Source of the DNA: Mytilus trossulus
Lineage: Eukaryota
DNA length: 64,000 bases
NCBI RefSeq assembly: GCF_036588685.1
Contig: NC_086381.1
Coordinates: 39,990,001-40,054,000 of the forward strand
Direction of reading: 5' to 3'
Position numbers and translations under genes: made by a program. This document shows, piece by piece, positions 50,664-64,000 of the stretch (the first letter of the stretch is position 1; the number at the start of each line of letters is the position of its first letter). The notes below the pieces were generated by a model. That model saw only the letters and a program-made list of their open reading frames with translations, was not told where the DNA came from and did not search any database.

Positions 50664-52031
50664 CAAGATTATAATAACACAATGTTGAGTGCTGTCCCCC
50701 TATTTTTGACATTTATATGGAATCTGATACGATTGTCATACAAGTGAAAGGTTAAGCTAGTTATAAAACCAGGTTTAATCTAAAATTTTCTACATAAGAA
50801 AATGGCTGTACAAAGTCAGGAATATGACAGTTGTTATCCTTTTTTTCCATTTATGAAGGGGATAACTGTAGAACAGTTTAAGTGACGCCACCAATATCAA
50901 ACTTGATCTGTATTTTGTGGTCATAAGCATTATTATATAAATATCTTAATATTTGGTTAAAACAAACTAAAGTAAGAGAACTGAAACGAAAAATTCAGCA
51001 AGTTTTCCAATTTTAACTAATATAATGTAAAATGCTATGAAATCATATTTGTTGTATGTTATCTATTATGCATAGAACTGAAGCTGATATAAACAACACA
51101 AGAAATACAAATTAGGTGCACGAATCAATTACATTTACAATTTGAACAAAAACATGTATAACAAATACGAATATCTCCCACCTTGCCTTGCAGCACCGTC
51201 CATTGGTGGCCTTAGCAGTTAAGTTAAATATCCAATACATTGACAATTTATTTTATAAGGAACTTTTTCATGTTGGGGTGTGTCTGATTCTATGGAACCA
51301 GACTGTAAATCCAATATATATATGTATATTTGTGTGCAGTTCATTCATGTTCAAACTGAGTTTACGTCCAACAAAAGGTATGCACAATAGTGAAGGGCTC
51401 ATTTTTCATTTACACTCCGATTTTCTTAACAATCGGTTTGAGAGATCACCCTTAAACTTAAACGTCTTTACTAAAAAAAAAAATTGGAAACATTAATAAA
51501 TTTTCAGCCCTATTTTGTCACAACCACTTTTGTTAACCAAATGAAAAGCAAGTATAAGTGGTTACTGTTGTGGTTACAGATAGGGTATTTCCCAAACACA
51601 AATCGACCCCTAAGGGACTGAATTCCTAAATTTATTCTCTGTCACATTAAGCCAATATATTAGGACCACAATTACTAAAAACGTTGCTCCTAACTATGTA
51701 TGAAATATTCAGATACAGTATAGACTGCTCATAACTATATGGACGATTGTGCACCACATTTTTAAAAGTGTTCATGCGTTTAAAATATAACATGTAACGG
51801 TGTTCTGTGTATAAAAACTGCATAAAAAGAAAAATGAATCGAAAATGGAAAAGGTTTTAAATAGTGGCAACGGGATGCTGTTATGCAACAGCGTATTCGC
51901 CTTTGCATCTACATGTGTAATACACACATGTGTCAATTTCAGATCAAGGCATTGAATCTAAGACAGTTTGTTTCAACTCCATCTGAGGTGGGTGTCTCTT
52001 TTATTTGCAGATATCATTTAGCATATAATTG

Positions 52032-55000
52032 TTAAAATGTTGCCATAGTTGTTCCACATTCAGTTGTGAGGTGATCGCGCATCACTATGGCCTTAGTGAA
52101 ACAAAAGTGGGATACAGAAATTGGTAGTGTTTCTTGCATTGGTATAACAATTTCGGATTTTAGATCATACAGCATCATGTCTTTTCGTGAACTGAACGAA
52201 ACCTCTCCGCCGCAAATCAAGATCTTGTCCTCAAAACAGCACGCTCCAAATCCTTTCCTATCAAAATTAGTTATCTTCGATATTGGTCGTGTGCTGTCTA
52301 TTTCGGAACATTTCAAAACGGTTCCATCCTTACAAACAACTATCATCTGCTCTTTGTAGTTGACCGCTTTGGAATTTAGTCGTGCAAAATCTGGTAACTT
52401 ATACGAAACTGTGTAGCTTTGTTCCGATTCGCAGTTAAAACATTGAATCGCATCGGAAAGTGTGCTTTCGGACAGAAACCCGCCAAATAAATATACTTTC
52501 TTTCCAACACAAGTGTGAGCTGGTGATCTAACAGGTTTATTCAATCTAGTTCTACAGCATATCCATGTATTCGTGGCAATATTGAATCTCAAAACACTAT
52601 TCGTGCACCCCTGGTCGTCCTTACCGCCAAATACGTAGACGTTATCGAAGGCATACATCACGTGATATTGTTTTTCCTTTGGTAAATGTTGAAGCTGATG
52701 CCACTCATTCTTTTGGCCATCAAATTTTAAAAAGACAGTTTTCCCGCCAGTTCCTTTATACGGTCCGGGTCCGGAACCACCTGACACATAAATGTCGAGG
52801 CCTCTCGAACACATGGCAAAATTATAACCAGGGTCTAATGGCAATGGTTTTAGAGAAAACCAAATCTTTTGTGGAAAACTAAACCCCATAACACTGCAGT
52901 TATTTCCACCCTCACTGCCTCCAATTACCATTAATACATCGTCTGCTGGTGTAGAAAACCCACCATCATCTTGCAAATTAGAATTGTGACGCGATCTCAA
53001 GTCTTCTATCATTCGCAATATATCATGATTGGTAGAGAATTGTTCAATCTTGATAGCCTCTTCGTATATGTCTTTCGCAGACACTCTAATTTTCATCATA
53101 GCCTCGCATAGTTTTGAGAAACATTGAATACGATTTTCGAAATCCGCAACTATCCAGGAAAATGAGACTTGACAAAATAAACCACTTCTATCTACAACAT
53201 TTATATTATCAGATTCCAAAATAGATATAAGAGTATCAACTGTACCTATTTCATCAAGTTTGGCTTCACTGTTAGCAATTTCGGCAAAATGTTTAAGAAT
53301 TAAAGATCGTGCTATCTCGGCCAGATCTGCAGTTTCGCCATGATTCTGTGCAACCTGCCAAACATGTACACAGTTAGACTTGTCAGCATGTTTACTTAGA
53401 AACTGCTTGCATATCGTATGGAGAGACTTTATTTGCATCATGTGGCCCACATGGAGAAGGATGTCAGCATTACCCATGTTAACCACCCTAGGTTCACCAG
53501 TATAAATAAACTTTAACAAATCTGAGCAACTGTCTTCATCTAATAGCATACCATCCAGGGAAACTCGACCAGTTTTTGTTTCCTGAAATAATAAATTGCA
53601 AGATTTAATTGGTCATAAAACAGGTCATTTCTCATAAAAAAAATATCAAGTAACTCATAACACAAACATACTATTGATGTATGAACAATAAGATTACCTG
53701 ATAGTGCTAACAATACAATTGATTTATAAACAAAGTACCTGATAGTGCAACCGAAGCATACCATTGGTGTTTGAACAGAGAACCTGTATGCCAAAAACCA
53801 CACAATTGCTTTTCTTGACAAAGAACCTGATAGCACAAACAACACCACTGTTTTACCAAAAAATTACCTGATAGCACCAATTGGTTGGCCATCACATTTA
53901 AAAACAAAAGCAGTTTCCCCGCTTGTTCTTTTATACGGTCCTAAACCGGAACAACCTGAAACATGCATGTCTAGGCCTTAAGGATAGTGCAAACCATACC
54001 ATTGATTTATAAACCTACGAGGTACATTATAAAACAACCATCAAACTATATATATACTTTGGACACGAGCACCAATGCAAGGACATTAATTGTCGAAATA
54101 CGCCTCTAAAGCAGTAAAACTAGAACCGATATTGTTATTACTTTTTTTTTTAAATTACGTTTCTTTATGTCTATGATTCATCCTGGGACTTTTATAAAAT
54201 GTTTTGAATTATAATAGTCCCAGATGCATCCCAGTGTTAGATGCTATTTTAGCTTTGTAAACATAGTCATTTTCTAATTCCAATAAAACATCGGGTGCAC
54301 GTGATAGACGCTGTGAATAGTATGTTAATATATTAATTATGTTCCAGATTGAAGTTAAAAAATTATATTCTCAATTATTATAGTATTATGAATGTGAACA
54401 ATCTGACAATGTCGGTGATCAAAATGATATGCTTGCTACGCTAGAAAATCAAATACAATTATTCTTTTCTTTTTTATTCAATCGGAAACGAATCCTCATC
54501 AGTGATTTTTTAACCAGAATCATCATACATGACGTTCAAAAACGCAGCCTCGCCCGATCGAAATGACATAGTAAATAAGAAAGTAACAAAACTGTCTGCT
54601 CTTACATGTAATTCTTTGATGGTTATTGGATTACTTATTTGAGCAAAATTTAAGTCCTTAACGACAAACGCGCATTTTTTAAATTATAATTCATTTTTTC
54701 TTCATCTGGTCTAAATGAGATGATGGTTGAGTCTTAAAAATGCTCGCCAAACTGGAACTTCAAGACCTACAGTCAGGGCAGAAGCTAATATTTCGCCAGT
54801 ACAAAGTGGTTGAGGGGCTGGTTTCAGCTATAGAACCCGATATATATTTTAAAAAGCACAACCTAAAAGAACACTTACTGCCCAAGCAATGACAATTATC
54901 AGACAATAAATATTGTGGAAAAACAAGTTATGAAAAAAGTGTTTTGAAATTTCAACGAGCAAAACACCATGATATTCAAATTAATTCTCGTAAAAAAACA

Positions 55001-55936
55001 GTGATCGCGTAGAACAACCTTGAAGGCACTGTAGAGGAGGGTTTGAATGGGGTTAAATGATAAAAGAATAATGCCCTTAAAAAATGAAGATTAGAGAATA
55101 ACGGGCAAAAAAATTAAGATTAGCGAAAAAAGGGGTTAATTTTTTGAAGATTAAAGAAAAAAGGGGTTAAATTTTTGAAGATTAGAGAAAAAAAAGGTTA
55201 AATTTTTGAAGATTAGAGAAAAAAGGGGTGAAAATTAAATGTTTACAGAAGAACAGATCCCCCATCCCCCATCCCCCATCCAGACCATCGTAGAGAGCTT
55301 CAAAACTGCTCTCGTGCACGGTCAATAACTCGACGGCGCTCTCTTTCCATCTCTACCGTTGTTATAAAGCCAGTATCGGTACATATAAAGTGTTCACACA
55401 GAAACACCTGTTGACAGATACTAAAGGAGCATGCAGACTCTTCCACTGTGACTTCTCGATTATATTAATCTATGTTGAGCAGCTGCAATGTTTGTAATAG
55501 TACCTTGTGTTTTATTCCTTTTTATCAAGTGAATAAGCACAGGAAATGGAAATAACATTTATATAGTGAGTCACTCCGATGATGTCATGTAATACCAGGT
55601 TTGGGCTTGAATTATGTATACTGAAGTATAAACGACCACATCTTTATTAAGAAGTAGAGAAAACGTTGACAACAGTTTCCTTGTATACAATGAGTGGAGT
55701 AAAATTTCAAACTACAGAGACACAAGGAGCAACTGGACGGCATATGTACAAATTGCTTAAATAATTACCTCTAGTCCACTATCAAACATGATTTCAAAGT
55801 ACTCTGACAGGGCGGCTAAGATGACTCTATGGCACTTGAATTCTCTGCCATTTACGGATATCGTAAAATCGGCATATTTATCATCAATCTTAAGATTCCA
55901 TAAACCTTTAGCTAAATCTGTACTATACGTCGCCAT
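52032..55936 (-). CDS. Kelch-like BTB-BACK-Kelch protein (572 aa; KLHL24/35-like class), 2 coding exons
   Basis: Exon 55769-55936: MATYSTDLAKGL...ADFTISVNGREFKCHRVILAALSEYFEIMFDSGLE (BTB). Exon 52032-53582: ETKTGRVSLDG...LLKFIYTG, BACK domain, kelch GG repeats (IYVSGG, VYVFGG, VYLFGG, ILICGG). Phase-0 GT-AG intron. Confidence 0.93.
53660..54015. repeat. Degenerate ~40-bp minisatellite (ACCTGATAG..C) with an embedded kelch-exon fragment
   Basis: Repeated ACCTGATAGTGC/ACCTGATAGCAC units. 53885-53978 resembles 52713-52803. Confidence 0.65.
55032..55294. mobile_element. MITE-like element with internal ~30-bp tandem repeats
   Basis: Imperfect TIR (TAGAGGAGGGTTTGAATGGGG / CCCCATCCAGACCATCGTAGA); internal TTTTTGAAGATTAGAGAAAAAAGGGGTTAAA repeats. 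Confidence 0.5.
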
Positions 55937-56840
55937 GCTGAAAGAATAACATACATTGCTAGTACATCTTTATATCAGGGGAAAGGGTGTTCACCTGAGA
56001 TATATCCACTTCACAACTATCTTATCATATTTTGAATAACAAAACACACAACCTTTAAATAATTTGCAAACAATATACCTATTGCTATCATGGTTACATT
56101 AATTCACAGCGAGATAAATATTTTTGACAAATATCTGGAGCATTTACAACAGTACTGGTTTTATTGCATCTGTGAAAAAAAATCAATCGACACCTGCATG
56201 CGTCTGTGCATGATTAGTTTCAGACTCTTGATATTTAATCAGCATCACTTTGAAAATTCGTGTATTTTCCCTCAAATTGCTTACACAATTTCTCGCCTTT
56301 AACATCTATATATCATGAACATGAAAATAATGCATGTCACACATTACGAAGTAAGTAATTAGTATCAAAATGAATATATCCTATCACCGCGCTTGAGGTT
56401 CCGCCTTGACTGAGGACATTGAGCGTACATTGAGTCTACATTTTTTACATCCAGTCGACAGAAGTATGGTTTTAAAGAATTTTGGGCATCCCAAATAATG
56501 AATAATTATGTTTCTCTCCTGTCGATATAGAAAAGCTAACAAATTCAAAATAAAGAAATAAAACTAAGTTTACACAAAATTATATACGATATATACTCGA
56601 TAAACCTGAAACATTGAAAAAATAGTAAAAATTGATATATATTTAAATTATTGAGAAAATATCTCAGTCATTGGAACTAAAATTCTGTGACAATCAATTT
56701 TATGTTGGATATTAATTGTCAAACAATTGGCAATCTAAGTAACGAGCAGTCAATAAGTAAATTATTGTACATTTGTTTCAACTGAAAGTGAAAGTAGAAT
56801 TTCAAAACGAAAGTAAGTACAGTGCACATAATTTCATTGT

Positions 56841-56894
56841 TGGACATCTGAGACTACTATAACACATGTGTTATAGTAGTCTCTGTGGACATCT
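56841..56894. repeat. Perfect 34-bp palindrome flanked by 9-bp direct repeat (minimal MITE/footprint)
   Basis: TGGACATCT-GAGACTACTATAACACATGTGTTATAGTAGTCTC-TG-TGGACATCT. Confidence 0.8.
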
Positions 56895-57261
56895 AAGAGA
56901 AATTTCGTTTAAAACTAACTATTTCAAGGTCATAAAAACAGTAAGAACAAAGCAATAATTAAATAAAAACTTCTTTAAAAGATATACATTTACCTTTTTT
57001 GAGTGTTTGTTGATTATTCTTTAGTTATTTCCCTTTGTGTACATTAAGAAATGGGTACACACAGGCTTTCGAGGCATGAGCGTCTTTTTTATGTTCTGTT
57101 TTACTAAAGTTTTCAAAATCAAACTTTTATCTTATTTTTATTCAATTCATTTAAAATTACAATTGCATGATATAAATATTTGCTTAACAGCAAATGAAAA
57201 ATATTTATTTATTCACTACCCTTTTGGCTCCTCTTTTTTTTTGTAGGTCGGATTCGATTCC

Positions 57262-57410
57262 AGCCAATCACGTCAACGAACACGTAGATCAAAGTTCACA
57301 TCCTGTCTGCTCACGTTTGACAAGCCGATTCAGTTACATTGAGGTATATAATATACAAGGTTATAGATATTGTAACCCGGACTATAACCTTGTATTTGTG
57401 CGCATGCGCG
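57262..57410. promoter_or_regulatory. Candidate promoter upstream of kelch gene (CCAAT box, CRE half-site, NRF1 motif)
   Basis: AGCCAATCACGTCA at 57262-57275, TGCGCATGCGCG at 57399-57410, and a candidate non-coding exon donor AAG|GTAAAT at ~56994. Confidence 0.35.
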
Positions 57411-59750
57411 ACCGGTACTGGGCGGATCCGGTAATTTCTACTTTCACTTTTTGAAAAAAATCTCCTATGTGGAGATAGATTTGTACGCTTTTATTTACAT
57501 TAATCTGCGAAAGAAAATACACGTCGTGCTCAGTTGTTGAAGTGGCTTTCTTCCCAGTACTTCAGAGCACACATAACGTCTAAAACGTAAAAAAAACCAT
57601 GTGAAAGGTTTGCAAAATAATGCATTGTAGCAATGAAAACATACATGATCAACTTTAAATGCAAAATAACATTTAAAACTAGGAAAGGAGGCTAACCCCC
57701 CCCCCCCCCCCCCCCCCCTTCTTTTCCTTTTCCAACTAAAAAATGTGATTTGGTTCAAAAGAGTCCGACAATAAATTCTTTTTATGTGTATTTATCATGT
57801 CAGTGTGCATAGGAGGTGACCAAATGATTTCTTGCGGCGTCAAGAAAGTCTTAAAAATATTGTTATGGATCGTGCATGTATGAGGGGGGATAGGGCCTTT
57901 ATCAGGACTCCAGGATCTGGTGTTTTTAGGCTCAGGGTTTCGGGATCTATTAAGAGATACAGGAATTCTTTTTTTGAATTACTAGTACTGGATGTCAGAA
58001 TTTAGATTTATTTAAATTCGGGATTTCATGTTGAAGGGATCAGGACCCCTCCTACCCCTAGTCATGTATGAGGGTGATACTTGTAATCCCTGGGAAATCG
58101 GGAAATCACAAATAACCGTTAGAAAAAATTGGCAAATGACGTTTATAACAGTAATTTTTGGTGCATGACTATAAAAAAGTACACATTCCTTTAGGTGATA
58201 TCAAAATCAATTAATTTTGACACTGTCTAGAGTGGATAAATATCGTATTGCAAAAGATTATGTGGTGAAATCTGTTTCTCTGTCTTCATGTCGTCACAAT
58301 GGGAATTTCAGATAATAGCCTGAAAATTTGACGTCATAATCAAATATTGACCAATGAACAACTAAGATCAAACTAACCACACCTAGATTAAATGAAAATA
58401 ATCATCAGGTCGGGAATGCCATAAAACGAGTTAAAAAAATCTTCATAGTAAAAAAAATATTTATTTTTTATCACCAATGTAAACATATATCACCATTGTA
58501 TATATATATCACCATTACAAACATCTATCACCAGTGTATATATCTATCATCCTACTGTTTTTATATATATCACCAATATAAATATCTATCACCTCACTTT
58601 ATTTATCACTACACTATATATTACCAATATATTAAAATCTCGAAACTGAATATATCTAACATCACTCTGTATATTTATCAACACTAAAAATCTATCAACA
58701 CACTGTATAATAATCACCATTCTGTATCAGTCACCACTTTGTACAACACTGTATATCTCTATCACCATGCTATATATTTATCACCATTCTGTATTAATCA
58801 CCACTTTTTACAACACTGTATATATCTATCACCATGCTATATATTTATCACCACTCTATAAATCTATCAACATATGTTTATATTTAAAACCGCTGTATAT
58901 ATTTATCACCATTCTGTATTTATCACCACTCTGTAAAAGGCTGTATATATATTCTGTCACCATACTTTATATATCTGTCACCAGACTTAGTATTTCTGTC
59001 AATACACTTAACATATCCATCACCACACTTTATATATCAATCACTTGGCTATATATATCTATCACCTGATCTATTTATATATCAATCACCTCACTATATA
59101 TATCTGCCACCATACTTTATATATATGTCACCACACTTAATATATATGTCACTTCACTATATATATCTGTCACCATACTTTATATATCTGTCACCATACT
59201 TTATATATCTGTCATTACACTTAACATATCCTTCACCACACTTTATATATCCATCACCTCACTATATATATCTATCACCTCACTTTATATATCTATCACT
59301 ACTCTTTATATATCTGTCACCAGACTATATATCTATCCCCACACTTTATATATTCATCACCTCACTATATATCTGTCACCATACTTTATATATATGTCAC
59401 CAGACTTTATTTATCTGTCACCATACTTTATATATCTGTCACCATACTTTATATATCTGTCACCATACTTTATATATCTGTCATTACACTTAACATATCC
59501 ATCACCACACTTTATATATCCATCACCTCACTATATATATCTATCACCTCACTTTATATATCTATCACTTCTCTTTATATATCTGTCACCAGACTATATA
59601 TCTATCCCCACACTTTATATATTCATCACCTCACTATATATCTGTCACCATACTTTATATATATATGTCACCAGACTTTATTTATCTGTCACTATACTTT
59701 ATATATCTGTCACCATACTTTATATATCTGTCACAATACTTTATATATTC

Positions 59751-60183
59751 ATTGTGTAATCATACGTTTTTTTATTGAGTTAAGTCTGCAAATTGATATT
59801 TTATCGTGTGTTTTTCTATGTTGTGATGTTATGCTATTGTTTCAGAAAAAGGGAGAAGGTTTGGATCCATTAAAACGTTTAATCCCGCTGCAAATGTTTG
59901 CACCTGTCCTAAGTCAGGAATCTGATGTACAGTAGTTGTCGTTTGTTTATGTAATATATATGTGTTTCTCTTTTCTTGTTTTGTTTATATAGATTAGACC
60001 GTTGGTTTTCCCGTTTGAATGGTTTTACACTAGTAATTTTGGGGCCCTTTATAGCTTGTTGTTCGGTGTGAGCCGAGGCTCCGTGTTGAAGGCCGTACTT
60101 TAACCTATAATGGTTTACTTTTTAAATTGTTATTTGGATGGAGAGCTGTCTCATTGGCACTCACACCACATCTTCCTATATCT
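59751..60183. mobile_element. Dispersed repeat inserted in satellite
   Basis: Non-satellite block. Its end is the reverse complement of the family at 186-570, and it carries the CCTGTCCTAAGTCAGG motif. Confidence 0.7.
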
Positions 60184-60954
60184 ATTTATATATCTGTCAC
60201 CTCACTATGTATATCCTTCACCACACTTTATATATCTGCCACCTCACTATATATAACTGTCATCAAACTATATATATCTGTCACCAGACTTTATTTATCT
60301 GTCACCATACTTTATATATCTGTCAACATACTTTATATATCTGTCACCAGACTTTATTTATCTGTCACCATACTTTATATATCTGTCACCATACTTTATA
60401 TATCTGTCACCATACATTATATATCTGTCACCATACTTTATATATCTGTCACCACACTTTATATATCTGTCACCTCACTATATATAACTGTCACCTCACT
60501 TTATATATCTATCACTATACTTTATATATCTGTCACCAGACTTTATATATCTATCCCCACACTTTATATATCCATCACCTTACTATATATCTGTCACCAT
60601 ACTTTACATATCTGTCACCAGACTTTATATTTTTGTCATTATCAAACCGCAATTTTTATATGTGTGTATGTCAAACAAATTTTGTTGTATAATGGTCTAA
60701 AAACAGCACAAACAACAAACAAAAACACCAAAAAAGTGAAAAAGTATATTTAAACAAAACGCATTTAACTAACAGGTCGAACAACTGATGTTCTTTTACC
60801 CTGCTGACTGCCATTGGCGATTGTCAAATTAAATTGATCACAAGATGTAACAAAATGGATCTTAATTTAAATTTAATACTAAACAGAAATTTTTTTTGTT
60901 AACTTGTGGCCAAGATGTTGTGCTACAAACATATGGTGTCAATATTTCTTTAGT

Positions 60955-60998
60955 ACACCAGATCCGGATTTCGACAATAAATGTCTCTTCAGTGATGT
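60955..60998 (-). ncRNA. Type I hammerhead ribozyme (family C, intact)
   Basis: ACAUCA-CUGAAGA-GACA uuuau UGUC-GAAA-UCCGGA-UC^UGGUGU. Confidence 0.88.
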
Positions 60999-61525
60999 TG
61001 GGGATCGAAACGGTATTTGGAAGGCCATTTCAACAGTTCCCTCATTTTTAGAAAAAATACCCTAATTTTTTTAATAACTCTTGAATTTTAAGAGTCAATA
61101 TAGGATGAACGGATCATATAAACCGGAGGGAAAATATGATACATGCCCAAACAAAAAATATAAAGGAGTCTAAATTGAAAGCTACCTTCAAACCTATGAT
61201 TGCGTTGGATAAAAACCACAATTTTTATAGGTGTGCATGTCAAACAAATTTCGTTGTAGAAGGGTCTAAAAACAGCACAAACAACATTTTCCAAAAGACC
61301 AAAACAGTGAAAAAGTATATTTAAACAAAATGCATTTGACTAACAAGTCGAACAACTGATGTTCTTTAACCCTGCTGACTGCCATTGGCGATTGCCAAAT
61401 AAAATTGATCACATGATGTAACAAAATGGATCTTAATATAAATATAATACTAAACAGAAAAAAAAATTGTTAACTTGTGGCCAAGATGTTGTGCCACAAA
61501 CATATGGTGTCAATATTTCCTTAGT

Positions 61526-61569
61526 ACACCAGATCCGGTTTTCGACAATAAATGTCTCTTCAGTGATGT
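61526..61569 (-). ncRNA. Type I hammerhead ribozyme (family C, stem III point change)
   Basis: Same as above but GAAA-ACCGGA-UC, which breaks the stem III palindrome. Confidence 0.7.
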
Positions 61570-64000
61570 TATGTTTCAAAACGGTACTTGGAAGGCCATA
61601 TCAACAGTACCCTCATTTTTAGAAAAAGTACCCTCATTTTTTGATAACTCTTGAATTTAAAGAGTCAATATAGGATGAACGGATCATATAAACCAGAGGG
61701 AAAATCACTATATATATCAATCACCACACTTTATATGTCTGTCACTAGTCTTTATATATCTGTCACTACACTTTACATGTCCATCACCACACTTTATATA
61801 TCGATCACCTCACTATATATATCTATCACCTCACTTTATATATCTGTCACCATACTTTATATATCTGTCACTATACTTTATATATCTGTCATAACACTTT
61901 ATATATCCATCACCTCACTATATATATCTGTCACCATACTTTATATATCTGTCACTATACTTTATATATCTGTCACCATACTTAACATATCTTTCACCAG
62001 ACTTAATATTTCTGTCAATACACTTAACAAATCCATCACCACACTTTATATATCAATCACCTCACTATATATATCTATAACCTGATCACTTTATAAATCA
62101 ATCATCTCACTATATATATCTGTCACCATACTTTATATATATGTCACCACACTTTATATATCCATCACCTCACTATATATATCTGTCACCATACTTTATA
62201 TATCTGTCACTATACTTTAAAAATCTGTTATTACACTTCACATATCCATCACCACACTTTATATATCCATCACCTCACTATATATATATCTATCACCTCA
62301 CTTTATATATCTATCACTACTCTTTATATATCTGTCACAAGACTATAAATCTATCCCACACTTTATGTATCCATCACCTCACTATATATATGTCACCACA
62401 CTTTATATATCCATCACCTCACTATATATATCTGTCACCATACTTTATATATCTGTCACTATACTTTAAAAATCTGTTATTACACTTCACATATCCATCA
62501 CCACACTTTATATATCCATCACCTCACTATATATATATCTATCACCTCACTTTATATATCTATCACTACTCTTTATATATCTGTCACAAGACTATATATC
62601 TATCCCACACTTTATATATCAATCACCTCACTATATATATCTGTCACCACACTTAACATATTCATCATCAGACTTTATATATCTGTCACCATACTTTATA
62701 TATCTGTCACCACACCTTATATAACTGTCACCATACTTTTTATATCTATCACCACACCTTATATATCTGTCACCAGACTTTTTATATCTATCACCATTCT
62801 ATATATATCTATCACCACACCTTATTTATCCATCACCAGACATTATATATCCATCACGTTACTATATATATATCTCTCACCTCACTTTATATATCTGTCA
62901 CCATACTTTATATATCTGTCACTATACTTTAAAAATCTGTCATTACACTTCACATATCCATCATCACACTTTATATATCCATCACCTCACTATATATATC
63001 TATCACCTCACTTTATATATCTATCACTACTCTTTATATATCTGTCACAAGACTATAAATCTATCCCACACTTTATATATCCATCACCTCACTATATATC
63101 TGTCACCATACTTTATATATCCATCACCTCACTATATATATCTGTCACCATACTTAACATATCTTTCACCAGACTTAATATTTCTGTCAATACACTTAAC
63201 AAATCCATCACCACACTTTATATATCAATCACCTCACTATATATATCTATAACCTGATCACTTTATAAATCAATCATCTCACTATATATATCTGTCACCA
63301 TACTTTATATATATGTCACCACACTTTATATATCCATCACCTCACTATATATATCTGTCACCATACTTTATATATCTGTCACTATGCTTTAAAAATCAAA
63401 TCTGTTATTACACTTCACATATCCATCACCACACTTTATATATCCATCACCTCACTATATATATATCTATCACCTCACTTTAAATATCTATCACTACTCT
63501 TTATATATCTGTCACAAGACTATAAATCTATCCCACACTTTATTTATCCATCACCTCACTATATATCTGTCACCATACTTTATATATCCATCACCTCACT
63601 ATATATATCTGCCACCATACTTTATATATCTGTCACCAGACTTTATTTTTTTGTCAATACACTTAACATATCCATCACCACACTTTATATATCAATAACC
63701 TCACTATATATATCCATCTCCACACTTTATATGTCTGTCACCAGACTTAATATATCTGTCACCACACTTAACATGTCCATCACCACACTTTATATGTCTG
63801 TCACCAGACTTAATATATCTGTCACCACACTTAACATGTCCATCACCACACTTTATATATCAATCACCTCACTATATATATCTGTCACCAGACTTTATAT
63901 ATCCATCACCTTACTGTATATATCTGTCACCAGACTTTATATATCAATCACCTCACTATATATATCTGTCACCACACTTAACATATTCATCATCAGACTT

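Larger units (their letters stand above)
60644..61706 (-). mobile_element. Retrozyme-like tandem element, family C (571-bp unit, ~1.9 copies)
   Basis: Tandem duplication with hammerheads at 60955-60998 and 61526-61569. Confidence 0.8.
58480..64000. repeat. ~21-bp satellite (TATATATCTGTCACCATACTT variants) with higher-order blocks, interrupted by two insertions
   Basis: Visible array, with insertions at ~59751-60183 and 60644-61706. It runs off the window end. Confidence 0.95.

Noticed and set aside
58496-62656. Tyr/Ile/His-rich ORFs (ICHHTLY, LSPYFIY, ISVTILY repeats)
   Set aside because: Translations of the 21-bp satellite in three frames.

Overview
AT-rich eukaryotic (metazoan) genomic DNA, most likely a bivalve of the genus Mytilus. 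This is inferred from repeat families and hammerhead retrozymes, not proven. I reconstructed four protein-coding genes by hand from splice sites and reading phase, all on the minus strand: (1) a profilin with an intronless CDS (11396-11806); (2) a ~760-aa type I membrane receptor with six Ig-like domains and a Tyr-motif tail (12 coding exons, 15675-30114); (3) a ~297-aa two-Ig-domain type I membrane protein (6 coding exons, 36588-41283); (4) a 572-aa BTB-BACK-Kelch protein (52032-55936). The most striking non-coding content is a set of self-cleaving RNA elements. Three distinct tandem-repeat families (units ~350, 340 and 571 bp) carry type I hammerhead ribozymes with palindromic stem III (retrozyme-like). 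Two of these families share a second, covarying structured domain. There are also several decayed hammerhead copies, a Penelope-like RT remnant whose 3' region contains the retrozyme-homologous sequence, and a TSD-flanked non-autonomous RTE-type element whose 5' end coincides with an HDV-like ribozyme fold. The rest is a 42-bp minisatellite, a ~21-bp satellite, MITEs, a SINE and dispersed repeats. All structures were folded by eye, and no searches were run.
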